A DNA stretch of 64,000 nucleotides. It comes from a virus. Lineage: Duplodnaviria > Caudoviricetes. The stretch covers positions 2,209 to 66,208 of IMG/VR virus record IMGVR_UViG_3300029983_000020. The stretch is one strand, 5' to 3'. Made by a program: the position numbers and the translations under genes. This document shows, one piece after another, positions 47,401 through 56,987 of this stretch. The notes under the pieces are model-generated. The model saw only the letters and a list, made by a program, of their open reading frames with translations. It searched no databases and was not told where the DNA came from. The first letter of the stretch is position 1, and each line of letters starts with the position of its first letter.

Positions 47401-50023
47401 AACTGTTGTAGAGCCCACTTTACTAGAAACCGCATATTCTTCGCTCGCAACATTAACGGCAGTACACTCTCAAAATAAAATGCTAATAACTGCATCACCA
47501 AGCAGACCAATAACATTTCTAGCTACTCATCAAATAAATAGTTCTGTAGGAGATTTTTTAAATCAAGATGGATATCAAATAGGTGATGTAATAGAAATTA
47601 CAGGTTGTACTAATCCTATAAATAATGGAACTAAAACTATTTCATCTATATCTGCACTTCAAATAGCAGTAACCGAACCTATAGTAACTGAAGCAACCTA
47701 TACTTCATCTGCAACTATAACTGGAAAGCCAATAAATGACGGCTCAACTTATTATTTTGTACTTAGGAAATATGATTCTTCAATCAATGGAACGATGACG
47801 TATCATGATAGCACAGAACAAGAGGTATATGTACATGACCCGAATCAAATTTCAACAAATAGAATTTTACAAAATAATACATTTCAAACTACATGGACTG
47901 CATCAAATATTATAATTACTGCAGATCAAGCGCCATCGCCAGTACTTATAATGAATAATGTTACTTCAGACGCAGATCTTTTAGTTGCAAATGCTTCTAT
48001 GGGAAATATTTCACAAAGATTTGGAACAGCAATAGATGCATCATATACATTTTCCTGTTATATTGCGGGCGAGCCTCTCAATGATGTGAGCATTACAAAT
48101 GGAGTTATTATGTTAACTGGCGTCGGAAATTCTTCTACAAATTTCACTGTTAATTCATCGTTTGGAAGATTTAGCACTACATTTAGGGCGGATGCTTCAT
48201 CACTTTTAGCGTCAATTTATATAAAAGAGAATAGAGGAAGACTTTTAGTTGCTGGATCTATGGCAAATTTAGGAGATATCGCTGATCCGCCAATTCCGAC
48301 CGGTGTTTCTCCGGTAACAAACATTAATAGCACAAGATATCCTATTATAATGAAACCTTATTGCAGATCATATGGTGATGAAACATCTAATTCTGGAATC
48401 GAAGTTAGATATCATGCAACTGTTCCAACTGGTACTTTGTGGACTGAAGTATATTGTAGTTCAACAAAAGGATTTTCGCCATCGTTACTAAATAGAGTTG
48501 TTAATATAACTAATGCGGGATATCATCCTGGTATCATTAATTTATATAACAATAGTCAATATAATGTAATAAATGGAGTTGATCAACTTAATAAAGCCAA
48601 TGCTGTAACTTACGGAATAATTTTTAATACTGGTGTAACAAATAATAGGATATTAAACGTTAACACATTTTTAAATTATTCTTTAATTTTAAATTATTTT
48701 TACTTAAATATTGGGTCAAATAATAATTTTGTTCATAATTTAAATATCGGTGGATATCCAAATTTTCTTGGGGTATCTCCAGTATATATGGCAGCAAATA
48801 CATCTGATACCTTAACATTACAAAATATCCGAATCAATAACTCTGATAATCCAATTGCTAGTAATACATTAAATACAATTATAAAAGGAATGTCGGGTGG
48901 AAATGCAACGCCAATAGGAACATCAACAATACAATCTTATCAATTAGGGTCAGCTATAGATGGGATGGCCACTTCATATATAGCCGTATATGACTCTATT
49001 TTCAATGAGCTTTATTGGAACTCATCAACAGGAGCACTTCATATTAATTTTACTGCATCTATAAAAGATCCAGCTCCTTATAATCTTTTGAGTTCATCCT
49101 CACAATTTGCAAATGGAAGACTTTATTTACAGAACCCAAGTGATGGAATAATTTATACATGGCCACATAAAATATATGGAGTTTCTGGATTTAGGTGTGT
49201 TCCTAAAACATACTTACAAGATGGCTCAATTTCTACTGTAATGATGCCTTATAAATTAAATGGTTTAGATTTAGGAACTACTAATGATTTACTTGAAGGA
49301 TTAAATTTAATGTATGATATTGATAAAGGCCCAGGATATACAGGATTCAGAACTTGTACTTCTTCTAATATGTTAGCTGAAACTCTATCAGCAAGCACCG
49401 GATTTAATTTGAAACTTAAAATAGAAGCTGTCAAGTTCATGGAATATGGAGCTAAAACTAATCCTTTTGTTATAGGTGAAACTATTAAAGGCGTAAATTC
49501 CTCAGCGACTGCCATAGTAAGTAATGTATTTGAGGTATCAGTGGGTTCATTAGTTGGAACAATATGGGTATCAGATGCATCGGGATCATTTCAAATGCTT
49601 GAGAATATAACAAGGCTGGATGGCAGTTTAAGAGCTACGAACGTATCAACAAATATATTTGCGTTAGGCCCTTCATTCACTTCATATATTGATGGTGCTC
49701 AATTTTATACTTATATCGATCCATCAATACTTTATTCATCTCAAACTATTAATCTTTCAATAATAGTAAAGGATGAAAATGATGTGCCAATTCCTGGTGC
49801 ATATACATACATTGATGATGCATCATCTACAATTCCTTATATTTTAAACACTTCTACTAATGGTTTAGGTGTAGCAACTGTAGTTTATGATGGTGACCCC
49901 GTTACGAATTCAGTATGGCGCGTTAGAAAATATGGGTATAAACCATATAATCGATACATAAATATTGAAAGTATCGATATAGCTTTGCCAGTTACTCTTA
50001 TAAGTGACCTTCAGACGAACTAA
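44483..50023 (+). CDS. Tail spike / receptor-binding protein with beta-propeller and beta-helix regions
   Basis: W..(V/I)AYGNG.FVA repeats at the N-terminus; Asn-rich parallel beta-helix-like stretches; an internal ~85-aa duplication (I..S.G.F...DGY.I.D....TG....N...T.S..S.L...V.EP). Confidence 0.7.
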   Translation: MAIQTVPISVNADNIMTPRFIAVPKLSTASTAGCIISIPTMPSATTDIAMPTYTAWTDVAYGNEILLAVSSSTGNGTSTIAASSANGGNNWGLRTLPVDASWGGIAFGNGQFVAVIDGSTTAARTLDGMNWQVVNLERSAKYNAIAYGNGNFITLGWNSSTAQISTDGSNWSYRAMPASRNWASLAYDSCLNIWAAVASNTNKGAYSYDGSLWIETTMTKDTSWNSIASNNRGKFVAVTNALDASAAYSLNGIDWLNTNTLQSAAGRWKTVAYGENYDPLFGGRWVALSTSTKPSWSEDGITWTAFGGFSSAKEYSKIIPTYIPWRSNDTLVINNNATVTVNTDQDKFWSGITINSGTLNIVNTSTNVIRFTTGRTSAQARQEIRPTSGQGIITVKGGWIDLSTGTGFPNQQITTPYTDWVPAIWVETGQDTSIFEIWLNVTGAYGGTVPKFVEGLSAVNNGVRGNFFVQQPSPDQDNLLLINNVSTNIQSRTILLDTSKIFTGAHITSKSNTAIPSNTVIEKIINSSTATLNTPCVAGIGQVDVSIYNPYSAQLTNIIQFGDGVFGNVIPLGAKVRIPNIMLTSDIPVDLMTNSASLSMYINMINGGSINLDTCLIDEALLDYTQSQTINIKNVGVWNLPTLTECYNVNIKNYGMSLMPARRNYSPTLGGYDRAGRDNLRNIFTTATFLHNMNIDNLVGVVNSMASATGTLTAPYGLFEVGYSNNLNIKNVRLYKLQNYIAGQCGILLNQYVNDSVFENIETYGLMPLTAILSSNNTFKNLTYSHDMRNMTMGYSAGQRIGYDPITDKELVDNTPYYFKVRNFFTRSRDAYWDSSEFSATPFLADRLFPEWFSAYCSASKSVVFGWPQRNPSATTPAFEIYKGDVRGFTKNSSTKVFSSNSPSVAQWTYTLAKPTMTAAAGRTLVFDASHGITASTGSFITDGYKINDKLIVTGTNLNNRNYTLSNVSTLKLTVVEPTLLETAYSSLATLTAVHSQNKMLITASPSRPITFLATHQINSSVGDFLNQDGYQIGDVIEITGCTNPINNGTKTISSISALQIAVTEPIVTEATYTSSATITGKPINDGSTYYFVLRKYDSSINGTMTYHDSTEQEVYVHDPNQISTNRILQNNTFQTTWTASNIIITADQAPSPVLIMNNVTSDADLLVANASMGNISQRFGTAIDASYTFSCYIAGEPLNDVSITNGVIMLTGVGNSSTNFTVNSSFGRFSTTFRADASSLLASIYIKENRGRLLVAGSMANLGDIADPPIPTGVSPVTNINSTRYPIIMKPYCRSYGDETSNSGIEVRYHATVPTGTLWTEVYCSSTKGFSPSLLNRVVNITNAGYHPGIINLYNNSQYNVINGVDQLNKANAVTYGIIFNTGVTNNRILNVNTFLNYSLILNYFYLNIGSNNNFVHNLNIGGYPNFLGVSPVYMAANTSDTLTLQNIRINNSDNPIASNTLNTIIKGMSGGNATPIGTSTIQSYQLGSAIDGMATSYIAVYDSIFNELYWNSSTGALHINFTASIKDPAPYNLLSSSSQFANGRLYLQNPSDGIIYTWPHKIYGVSGFRCVPKTYLQDGSISTVMMPYKLNGLDLGTTNDLLEGLNLMYDIDKGPGYTGFRTCTSSNMLAETLSASTGFNLKLKIEAVKFMEYGAKTNPFVIGETIKGVNSSATAIVSNVFEVSVGSLVGTIWVSDASGSFQMLENITRLDGSLRATNVSTNIFALGPSFTSYIDGAQFYTYIDPSILYSSQTINLSIIVKDENDVPIPGAYTYIDDASSTIPYILNTSTNGLGVATVVYDGDPVTNSVWRVRKYGYKPYNRYINIESIDIALPVTLISDLQTN

Positions 50024-50042
50024 ATATATAAAATAAATCATT

Positions 50043-50498
50043 ATGATCAGAAGTGACATATCAATAAATTGGCTATCATCCCCAAGACTTATAACAATAG
50101 CATCACCATCAGTTTCTATTGTTATGCAGGATCTTTATGATACTTTAAGAAATGCTGAAACTACGAATATGGATAAACCTATTATTGTAAGTGGTTCAGG
50201 AAAAGAACCACTTGGGAACGGAGTTTATGTTGGATTAACTGTGTCACTTTTAAATGCTCAATTAGCTTTTGAAAATAGACCGGGTCCGAGTTTTATACAA
50301 TGCACTGCAAATGGAGGTAATCTTGTAGCGTTTGATAGTAGTTCTAACTCAATGTCACCAATTTATACTACATCGTATACTCAAATTATTTTGGCAGCAT
50401 CATCGTCTGCTACATTACAAGAATTAACCACAGTTCAATTTTCAGGTATTGCAAATGAAGTTCTTAAAAAATTAATACCTTTCTTGTTTGCTAAATAA
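50043..50498 (+). CDS. Hypothetical tail-associated protein
   Basis: Late promoter AATATATAAAATAAA (50023-50037); in the fibre cluster. Confidence 0.55.
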   Translation: MIRSDISINWLSSPRLITIASPSVSIVMQDLYDTLRNAETTNMDKPIIVSGSGKEPLGNGVYVGLTVSLLNAQLAFENRPGPSFIQCTANGGNLVAFDSSSNSMSPIYTTSYTQIILAASSSATLQELTTVQFSGIANEVLKKLIPFLFAK

Positions 50499-50526
50499 CG
50501 AATAAATAATAAAATAAAGATTTTTC

Positions 50527-51537
50527 ATGCAATATGTTTTTCCAGATCGTCGTACATACATAACAGCCATTGAATTTAGAAATATGTCTCCAATTCAAAA
50601 TGTGGAGCGTATGCGGTCATTTAGAGAAGAAGAATTAGTTGGAACTTTTATAAAAAAAGAATTTAAATGGTCCTTTGATAATCTTATCTGGAACAATTGG
50701 CAAACTTTTAATCAAGTAAATTTAGCAGCAATAAGTTTTCAAGATTATGAAAACTTTTACATTCATATAAAATATTCTCGTTCATCTGCAATCTCAGGTA
50801 ATATTGGAAATATATTATTAACCTATGATTCAAATAAGGCCACTCCAAGCTCATCGATTATCGACGCAGACTTATTGCAAGGTGAAAATGGATTATATTA
50901 TATCAATAATGCGAATCATTTTGGGCCTTCTCATTCCATTAAAATAGAGAATCTATTAGATTCGTCAGGAGCTATTTATGAAGGACGTTTAGATACTTCA
51001 GTAGATACTACATTTTATTTAAAAGAAATAAAGGGTTCCGGAAACGTTACTATTTCAAGTGATGCTAATAGTGTTATTCTTGGATTTAATGGTACTATAA
51101 TTGATGCATCTATAGAGATTTTAGCTGAACAAATAAATGATTTATCTACTAATAAGCTTGACGCAGTTACAAGCACCTTAGCAGGAGAGCATTCAATATA
51201 TTCTACAGAGGCAAATAATATTGCATATATTAAAGAATTGATAGCTGGTCTTGGAACTACAATAGATTCAGATGCTTCAACAATTACAATTTCAGTTACA
51301 GATGCTTCATATTATGCAAGTAAATATTCTGGAACATTTGATGGAACTATTCAATCTAATTATTCTATTCCTGCTACTAGACATTTACTTGGTACAGGCC
51401 CATTACAAATAGCAGTTTATGAATTTAACGAACAGATTTACACGGGCGTTTCAATATATGGGAATGGTGATGTATCATTATCATGGGGATTAAATACAAT
51501 ATTAGATACATCATGTAAATATGTAATCACAGGATAA
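50527..51537 (+). CDS. Tail-fibre-associated protein
   Basis: DADLLQGENGLYY fibre motif, duplicated Y(L/I)KE(I/L)..G.G..I.SDA, C-terminal H.LGT..L.I.VY. Confidence 0.55.
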   Translation: MQYVFPDRRTYITAIEFRNMSPIQNVERMRSFREEELVGTFIKKEFKWSFDNLIWNNWQTFNQVNLAAISFQDYENFYIHIKYSRSSAISGNIGNILLTYDSNKATPSSSIIDADLLQGENGLYYINNANHFGPSHSIKIENLLDSSGAIYEGRLDTSVDTTFYLKEIKGSGNVTISSDANSVILGFNGTIIDASIEILAEQINDLSTNKLDAVTSTLAGEHSIYSTEANNIAYIKELIAGLGTTIDSDASTITISVTDASYYASKYSGTFDGTIQSNYSIPATRHLLGTGPLQIAVYEFNEQIYTGVSIYGNGDVSLSWGLNTILDTSCKYVITG

Positions 51538-51560
51538 AAAAGAAGTATTTTAACGAATCA

Positions 51561-51749
51561 GAAGCTGTTTGGATTATGCTAGACAGCTTCGAGGAGTTTC
51601 CAGCAGGTAGACAGCTTCGAGCAGTTCAGATCAGCTTTCAAACAGCGGTATCAGACTAGAGTAATAGATTTCCTGGAGAACTAGATATCTATTTTTATGG
51701 TACTCACATAAAAAGTTTCACATTTAAGTGTTAAAGTTGTGTTAAAGTT
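51561..51749. repeat. Structured non-coding element with direct and inverted repeats
   Basis: TAGACAGCTTCGAG(G/C)AGTT x2 (51580, 51608), complementary GAAGCTGTTTG (51561), CAAACAGC (51639), palindrome TAGATATCTA (51681), GTGTTAAAGTT x2 (51728-51749). Confidence 0.65.
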
Positions 51750-51851
51750 TAAAACTTCTATAATGAATCAACATCATATTAAAAAGAAGATAAATATATT
51801 ACAGCAATAAACTTTTCTGGACAGTGAAAGAAAAATAATATATATCAATTA

Positions 51852-54800
51852 ATGGCAAACGAATTTAAAATTAAAACCGGTCTAATTTTAGGCCCTCCTG
51901 CTACATCACAACCTGTAATTAGCATTCAAAATTCATCTACTTCAATAACTGCAAATGCATCAACTTTTTTAGTATCTGCAAATGCTATACATGAGTATGT
52001 CAGTCCTATTTTTGATAAAGATTTTTCTCAAGATTCTTCAATATTTTCTATAAATGCTTCAATATTTGCTATAGAATCATCCCTTGGTGATTATGTAAAC
52101 AAATCAGGAGATATAATGTCAGGAAATCTTCAGATAAATGCAAGTTTATTTGCAAATGATATTCATACAGACATTTTACATTTAAATACATCTCCTACTG
52201 TAGGTTCTTTTGAACCTGGCAAAATCTTTTATGATGTGCCAAGCAAAACAATATCTGCAATGATTGATAATGATGTCACTATGCAGATTGGGCAGGAAGA
52301 ACTTGTACTTGTTTATAACGGCACTGGTGTAGTGATTCCCAATGGAAAAATGGTTTACGCTAATGGAGCAAATGGCGATATGCCTACAATAGCTCTTGCA
52401 AAAGCAGATTCGTTATTAACGGCATTGCCAATTGGTATGACTACTCAATCCATTCCTAATGGACAAAGTGGTCTTGTTACTAATAGAGGTATCGTACATT
52501 TCGTAGACACAAGCTCATATACACCTGGGAATTATTTATATTTAAGCCCATATATCGCGGGCGCGGTTACTGAAATTGCTCCTACTGATACGGATCATTA
52601 TTTAGTTATATGCGGAAGAACTCTTATTAATGCAAGCATAGGTAGTGTATATGTAAGACAAATCCTTAATAATCGTCTTACCGACCTTACAGATGTTGCA
52701 ATTAATAGCCCAGTTACTGATCAAGTTCTTCGTTTCAATGGAACTGAATGGGTTAATGGAGCTCAATTGGCAGTAAGTGCAGGGAGTGGAGTAACATTTT
52801 TCTTGGATGAATCATATGTCCTTCCTCCAGGAACTGGCCCTCAAACACTTCCACTTCATGTATTATCAAAAACCCCTATAACGACTACAGAGATAATAGA
52901 TAGTGTATCAGTCAATAATACAACTAAATTGATTGATATGTATATGTACAATACTTCTTTAGGAGGTACGCAAATAGATGCAGGTAAATGGGAATTTAAT
53001 AATTATTGTTATGTTTCTTCAGATACAAGTATTTCTACAATTCCTGTTACTGTTCGTAATGTAGAAGCCGGGTCTGGAGCCGTTAGCATAATAGGTTCAG
53101 GAACTTCTAGAACTGCAATATCAACAGATGCTCCTTTTGCAATAGAAAAAATAACGAATATAGCAGATAGAGAGTTTACAAGTGATACAGGGTTTTGGCA
53201 ATTGTCATTTAGTTCTATAAGTGATGGTAGTCTAAATATATCAGGTTTGGGAGATGTAAGTAAGAATAATTTATTAACAATAGGTAAAACTTATATTATA
53301 ACATATACCATTTTAAAAATAGACGCCATCTTTCTTCAGTTTGCATGTTTAGTGGGTAATACCTTTGGAGAAATTGTAACTAGTGCGGGTACTTATACTG
53401 ACACTATTGTCTGTAATGGTAACACAAATTTTTGGTTTAGAATTATCTTTGGTGTGCCGTCTAATAGCGTAATTATTGACAATGTTTCTATAAAGGAATT
53501 AAATACAGATTTTGGAAATGCCGATATGACACTAGCTGGCCTTTTGCAAACTCCAAAAGCTATATTTAAAATATCAAATGTAATCGATAGTTCTTCTGCA
53601 ACAGTCGAAACTCTTTCAACATATACAAATGAATCTTCAGTAGGATACAATCTTCATAAATTTTTATTTAATGCGATACCTGCTCCGATTGTAAATACAA
53701 CTGTGGGTTTAACTACAACACTTACAGTTCAACCTGCATTTCCAATTCAATCCCCTAATAAATTATCAGTAGGTTATTACGCTCGTAGCACTGGAGATGT
53801 GTCGATTTATCTTTATCATAATGGAACTGATCATTATACAAATTTTGTAACTCCATTAGCTATTAGGCATAATGATTTATCGGGTATTCAAGGTGGAAGT
53901 GGTTCTGGAATTTATCACTTAGATTTAATAAAATATAATATAGTACAAAATACATTAGGAGTAAACACAGGTGACCAAAATTTAAGTGGATTAGTGCCTT
54001 ACACGGGTGCAACAACAGATGTTGATTTAGGAATTCGTAATTTAACTATAGATACAAGCACATTATTTGTAAACTCATCTACTCATCAAGTTGGGATAGG
54101 CACAACTACACCAATAACTAAATTAACTGTAAATGGAAGCATCGGTATTTTAGGAAACGGGGGCATTGATATGTATAATACTGCCGGCTCTCTTACGGGA
54201 AGACTAACTAATAATGCTGATAGATTTAATTTCTATGGATATTGGAGCACTGCATTTTCTGACTATTTAGGTGAAATCATGAGACTTCAGGCAGGCAAAG
54301 TCGGTATTGGAACAATATCTCCGTCTGAAGCTCTTCATGTTGTTGGCAACGGCCAATTTAATGAAACATATCCGTATATCAATTTAAAACCTACAGCATG
54401 GTCATTACCATTTTATTTTCAATCTGGCACATCAGAATTGGCTACTGCTTCAAGTAGTGACTATACTGTATTTTTAAATCCGGCCGGCAAAGGTTTCTCG
54501 TTTAATCAACAAGGTGCGCCTCGTATACTTATTTCTCCAAGTACAGGATATGTTGGAATCGGTACTTCATCACCTCAAGAAAAATTAGATGTAAGTGGAA
54601 ATATTCAATCATCTCTTAAAATTAATGCAGGAAAATTCGGATTATATGCAGGCCTTGGTGTATATTCATCCGATGTAGACTTACCTATAATTGCTGGTAA
54701 TAATGCAAGTTCAATATCAAATATAATATTTAAGACTAATAATGGCGGATCAGTTACTGAAAAGATGAGAATTGACTCGTCAGGAAATATTCTCATTTCT

Positions 54801-56693
54801 CCACTCTCATATTCATCTGAACTTGTAGTAGGACCTTCAATGCAATTTTCAGGAACTGGATTACGTATTGGAACTGCCAGAAGATTAAATTATATAGAAC
54901 CTTTAATATCACTAAGATTATCAGGCGTTGATGGTGCAGATACATTTAAAACTCCTTATGCAATGACAGGAGGAGGAAGTGGATATTCTGGTCTTCATTT
55001 AAAATACAACGGTGATGTAGCATTTTACGCTGCAAAAGGTGATGTAAGTGTAAATCAGATTGTCACACCCCCCACGAGATTATTCATTGATGGTAGTTTC
55101 GGATATGTAGGGATCGGCACTGGCACTCCAACAGCTACATTACATATAGTAAGTGACACTGGTGGTGGCAATAGTGGCATTAAACTTACTATGAATGCAC
55201 CATCCAATTACGGTTCAATAGATTTTCAAACTTCAAGTGGAGTAATAGGACAATTTGTAACAACTGGACATACTTTCACTAATCAAAGTTTTAAGCCCGA
55301 TTCAGTATATTTAACTAATTCATATATTGATGGGCATATTGGTTTTGCTTCTTTCGGGGCAAACGGTTATATAAAGTTTCTTACAGGAGGTTTAGCAGAT
55401 GCTAATGAAAGATTACGTATTACAAATACTGGCAACGTTGGTGTCGGAACATTAAATCCCTCTACTAAATTTCATGTCTTTGGAGTTATTTCTGCATCTG
55501 GTGGGGATTCCTCTATGTGGAATACTGCATATAATTTATCAATACTTAATCCAAGTGATAACATATTTCAATGGGATGTATCTAAAAGATTATATGCTCC
55601 TTATCCAGCTAAAAAAACAACTGATCCTGGAATTGCATATTTTTATTCTGCGGGTCTTGACCCATCTTTTCATGGTACACTTAAATTAGATGGTATTTTA
55701 TCAGCAACACAATTTTCATCATATACTGAATCAACTAATGCATTTTATGGAAAAACTATCTCCGGTTTTGGACTTTATGGTGAAGCTACTGTTGCCGGAA
55801 CTGGTGTTTATGGCAAAAGTATATCTGGGACAGGTGTAGAAGGATTTTCATCATCAAGTTTTGGAGTAAAAGGACAAAGCTCATCATATTATGGAATTTA
55901 TGGAATATCTGGAACTGGAGTAGGTGTTTTAGCAACAAGTACATCTGCTGAAGGTTTATCAGTAGGAACAAACCCAGCAACTACTGATGTCGCACATAAA
56001 GCGGCAATATTTCAACGTGCTACCTCAAATCTTCCAGCAAATGGAATAGGCCAATATATTTCATTTGAATGTGAAGTATCTGCTAGTTATATACCCGAAG
56101 TTGCTAAATTTGGACAAGTGATGATTGATGTATCACGATTTGGATTTGTTTCAGGATTCGAATGGTCATTAGCAAATTCAGCAGTTATTACAAGAAAAAT
56201 GGCGCTATCAGGTACTGGAAAATTAACTCTTGATGGATATGGGAGCGGCAATCAAACTGGTGTATCAACAAGATCATTAAATGTTGATGGAAGTGGAAAT
56301 ATTATTGAAGTTGGAGTACAAGTGGTTGGGCAAACATATAACATTAAGATTATTGATGATGTAACAGTTTTACAAATAGGAGATTCTCAATTAATATTTT
56401 GTATTCCTGATAATGTAAATAATTTTAAACTAACTACTTGCGCAGCATATGTAACAACATGTTCTTCAAGCGGACTTCCAACAATAAAATTTAGGAATAT
56501 AACAAAGGCAACTTCATTTTTAACAACGCCTTTAACAATTGATGCTAGTGAATACACAAGTTTCACTGCAGCAACACCAGTAGTTATAAACGCTTCAACA
56601 AATACAATTAACACAGGCGATTTAATTGCAATAGACGTATCAACTGCAGGTTCTGGAGCTAAAGGATTGGGTGTAATTTTAACATTTAGTTAA
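51852..56693 (+). CDS. Long mosaic tail fibre protein
   Basis: YVNKSGDIMSGNL, LTDLTDVAI..P..DQVLRFNGTEWVN, five VG(I/V)GT..P...L.V repeats, and a carbohydrate-binding-like insert ending IDNVSIKE. Confidence 0.8.
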   Translation: MANEFKIKTGLILGPPATSQPVISIQNSSTSITANASTFLVSANAIHEYVSPIFDKDFSQDSSIFSINASIFAIESSLGDYVNKSGDIMSGNLQINASLFANDIHTDILHLNTSPTVGSFEPGKIFYDVPSKTISAMIDNDVTMQIGQEELVLVYNGTGVVIPNGKMVYANGANGDMPTIALAKADSLLTALPIGMTTQSIPNGQSGLVTNRGIVHFVDTSSYTPGNYLYLSPYIAGAVTEIAPTDTDHYLVICGRTLINASIGSVYVRQILNNRLTDLTDVAINSPVTDQVLRFNGTEWVNGAQLAVSAGSGVTFFLDESYVLPPGTGPQTLPLHVLSKTPITTTEIIDSVSVNNTTKLIDMYMYNTSLGGTQIDAGKWEFNNYCYVSSDTSISTIPVTVRNVEAGSGAVSIIGSGTSRTAISTDAPFAIEKITNIADREFTSDTGFWQLSFSSISDGSLNISGLGDVSKNNLLTIGKTYIITYTILKIDAIFLQFACLVGNTFGEIVTSAGTYTDTIVCNGNTNFWFRIIFGVPSNSVIIDNVSIKELNTDFGNADMTLAGLLQTPKAIFKISNVIDSSSATVETLSTYTNESSVGYNLHKFLFNAIPAPIVNTTVGLTTTLTVQPAFPIQSPNKLSVGYYARSTGDVSIYLYHNGTDHYTNFVTPLAIRHNDLSGIQGGSGSGIYHLDLIKYNIVQNTLGVNTGDQNLSGLVPYTGATTDVDLGIRNLTIDTSTLFVNSSTHQVGIGTTTPITKLTVNGSIGILGNGGIDMYNTAGSLTGRLTNNADRFNFYGYWSTAFSDYLGEIMRLQAGKVGIGTISPSEALHVVGNGQFNETYPYINLKPTAWSLPFYFQSGTSELATASSSDYTVFLNPAGKGFSFNQQGAPRILISPSTGYVGIGTSSPQEKLDVSGNIQSSLKINAGKFGLYAGLGVYSSDVDLPIIAGNNASSISNIIFKTNNGGSVTEKMRIDSSGNILISPLSYSSELVVGPSMQFSGTGLRIGTARRLNYIEPLISLRLSGVDGADTFKTPYAMTGGGSGYSGLHLKYNGDVAFYAAKGDVSVNQIVTPPTRLFIDGSFGYVGIGTGTPTATLHIVSDTGGGNSGIKLTMNAPSNYGSIDFQTSSGVIGQFVTTGHTFTNQSFKPDSVYLTNSYIDGHIGFASFGANGYIKFLTGGLADANERLRITNTGNVGVGTLNPSTKFHVFGVISASGGDSSMWNTAYNLSILNPSDNIFQWDVSKRLYAPYPAKKTTDPGIAYFYSAGLDPSFHGTLKLDGILSATQFSSYTESTNAFYGKTISGFGLYGEATVAGTGVYGKSISGTGVEGFSSSSFGVKGQSSSYYGIYGISGTGVGVLATSTSAEGLSVGTNPATTDVAHKAAIFQRATSNLPANGIGQYISFECEVSASYIPEVAKFGQVMIDVSRFGFVSGFEWSLANSAVITRKMALSGTGKLTLDGYGSGNQTGVSTRSLNVDGSGNIIEVGVQVVGQTYNIKIIDDVTVLQIGDSQLIFCIPDNVNNFKLTTCAAYVTTCSSSGLPTIKFRNITKATSFLTTPLTIDASEYTSFTAATPVVINASTNTINTGDLIAIDVSTAGSGAKGLGVILTFS

Positions 56694-56694
56694 C

Positions 56695-56946
56695 ATGCGA
56701 ATAATTAAAAATATAACTCGAGGCTATTATAATTGGCTTAGATACATTTTCAATAAAAAATATAGAGTAAAAATAAAAGAACTGGCATCTAAACGCATAA
56801 AAATTTGTGAATCTTGTCAGTTCTTTTTTAAATACTCAAGAAATTGTATGTTGTGTGGATGCTTTTGTGACATAAAAGTTAAATCTGATTTTAAATTAGA
56901 TCACAATGAGATAAGTATTGACGGTTGCCCAGAAAGAAAATGGTAA
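56695..56946 (+). CDS. Small Cys-rich (zinc-binding) protein
   Basis: RIKICESC...CMLCGCF..IK...CPERKW. Confidence 0.7.
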   Translation: MRIIKNITRGYYNWLRYIFNKKYRVKIKELASKRIKICESCQFFFKYSRNCMLCGCFCDIKVKSDFKLDHNEISIDGCPERKW

Positions 56947-56962
56947 AGCGACCAATACATAT

Positions 56963-56978
56963 GAATATATAAAATAAA
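56963..56978 (+). promoter_or_regulatory. Putative late promoter GAATATATAAAATAAA
   Basis: Recurrent motif ~10 nt before the ATG at 56988. Confidence 0.6.
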
Positions 56979-56987
56979 TTACATTAA

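Noticed and set aside
51580-51626. Mini CRISPR array
   Set aside because: Only two 19-nt copies with a 28-nt period and no cas genes.
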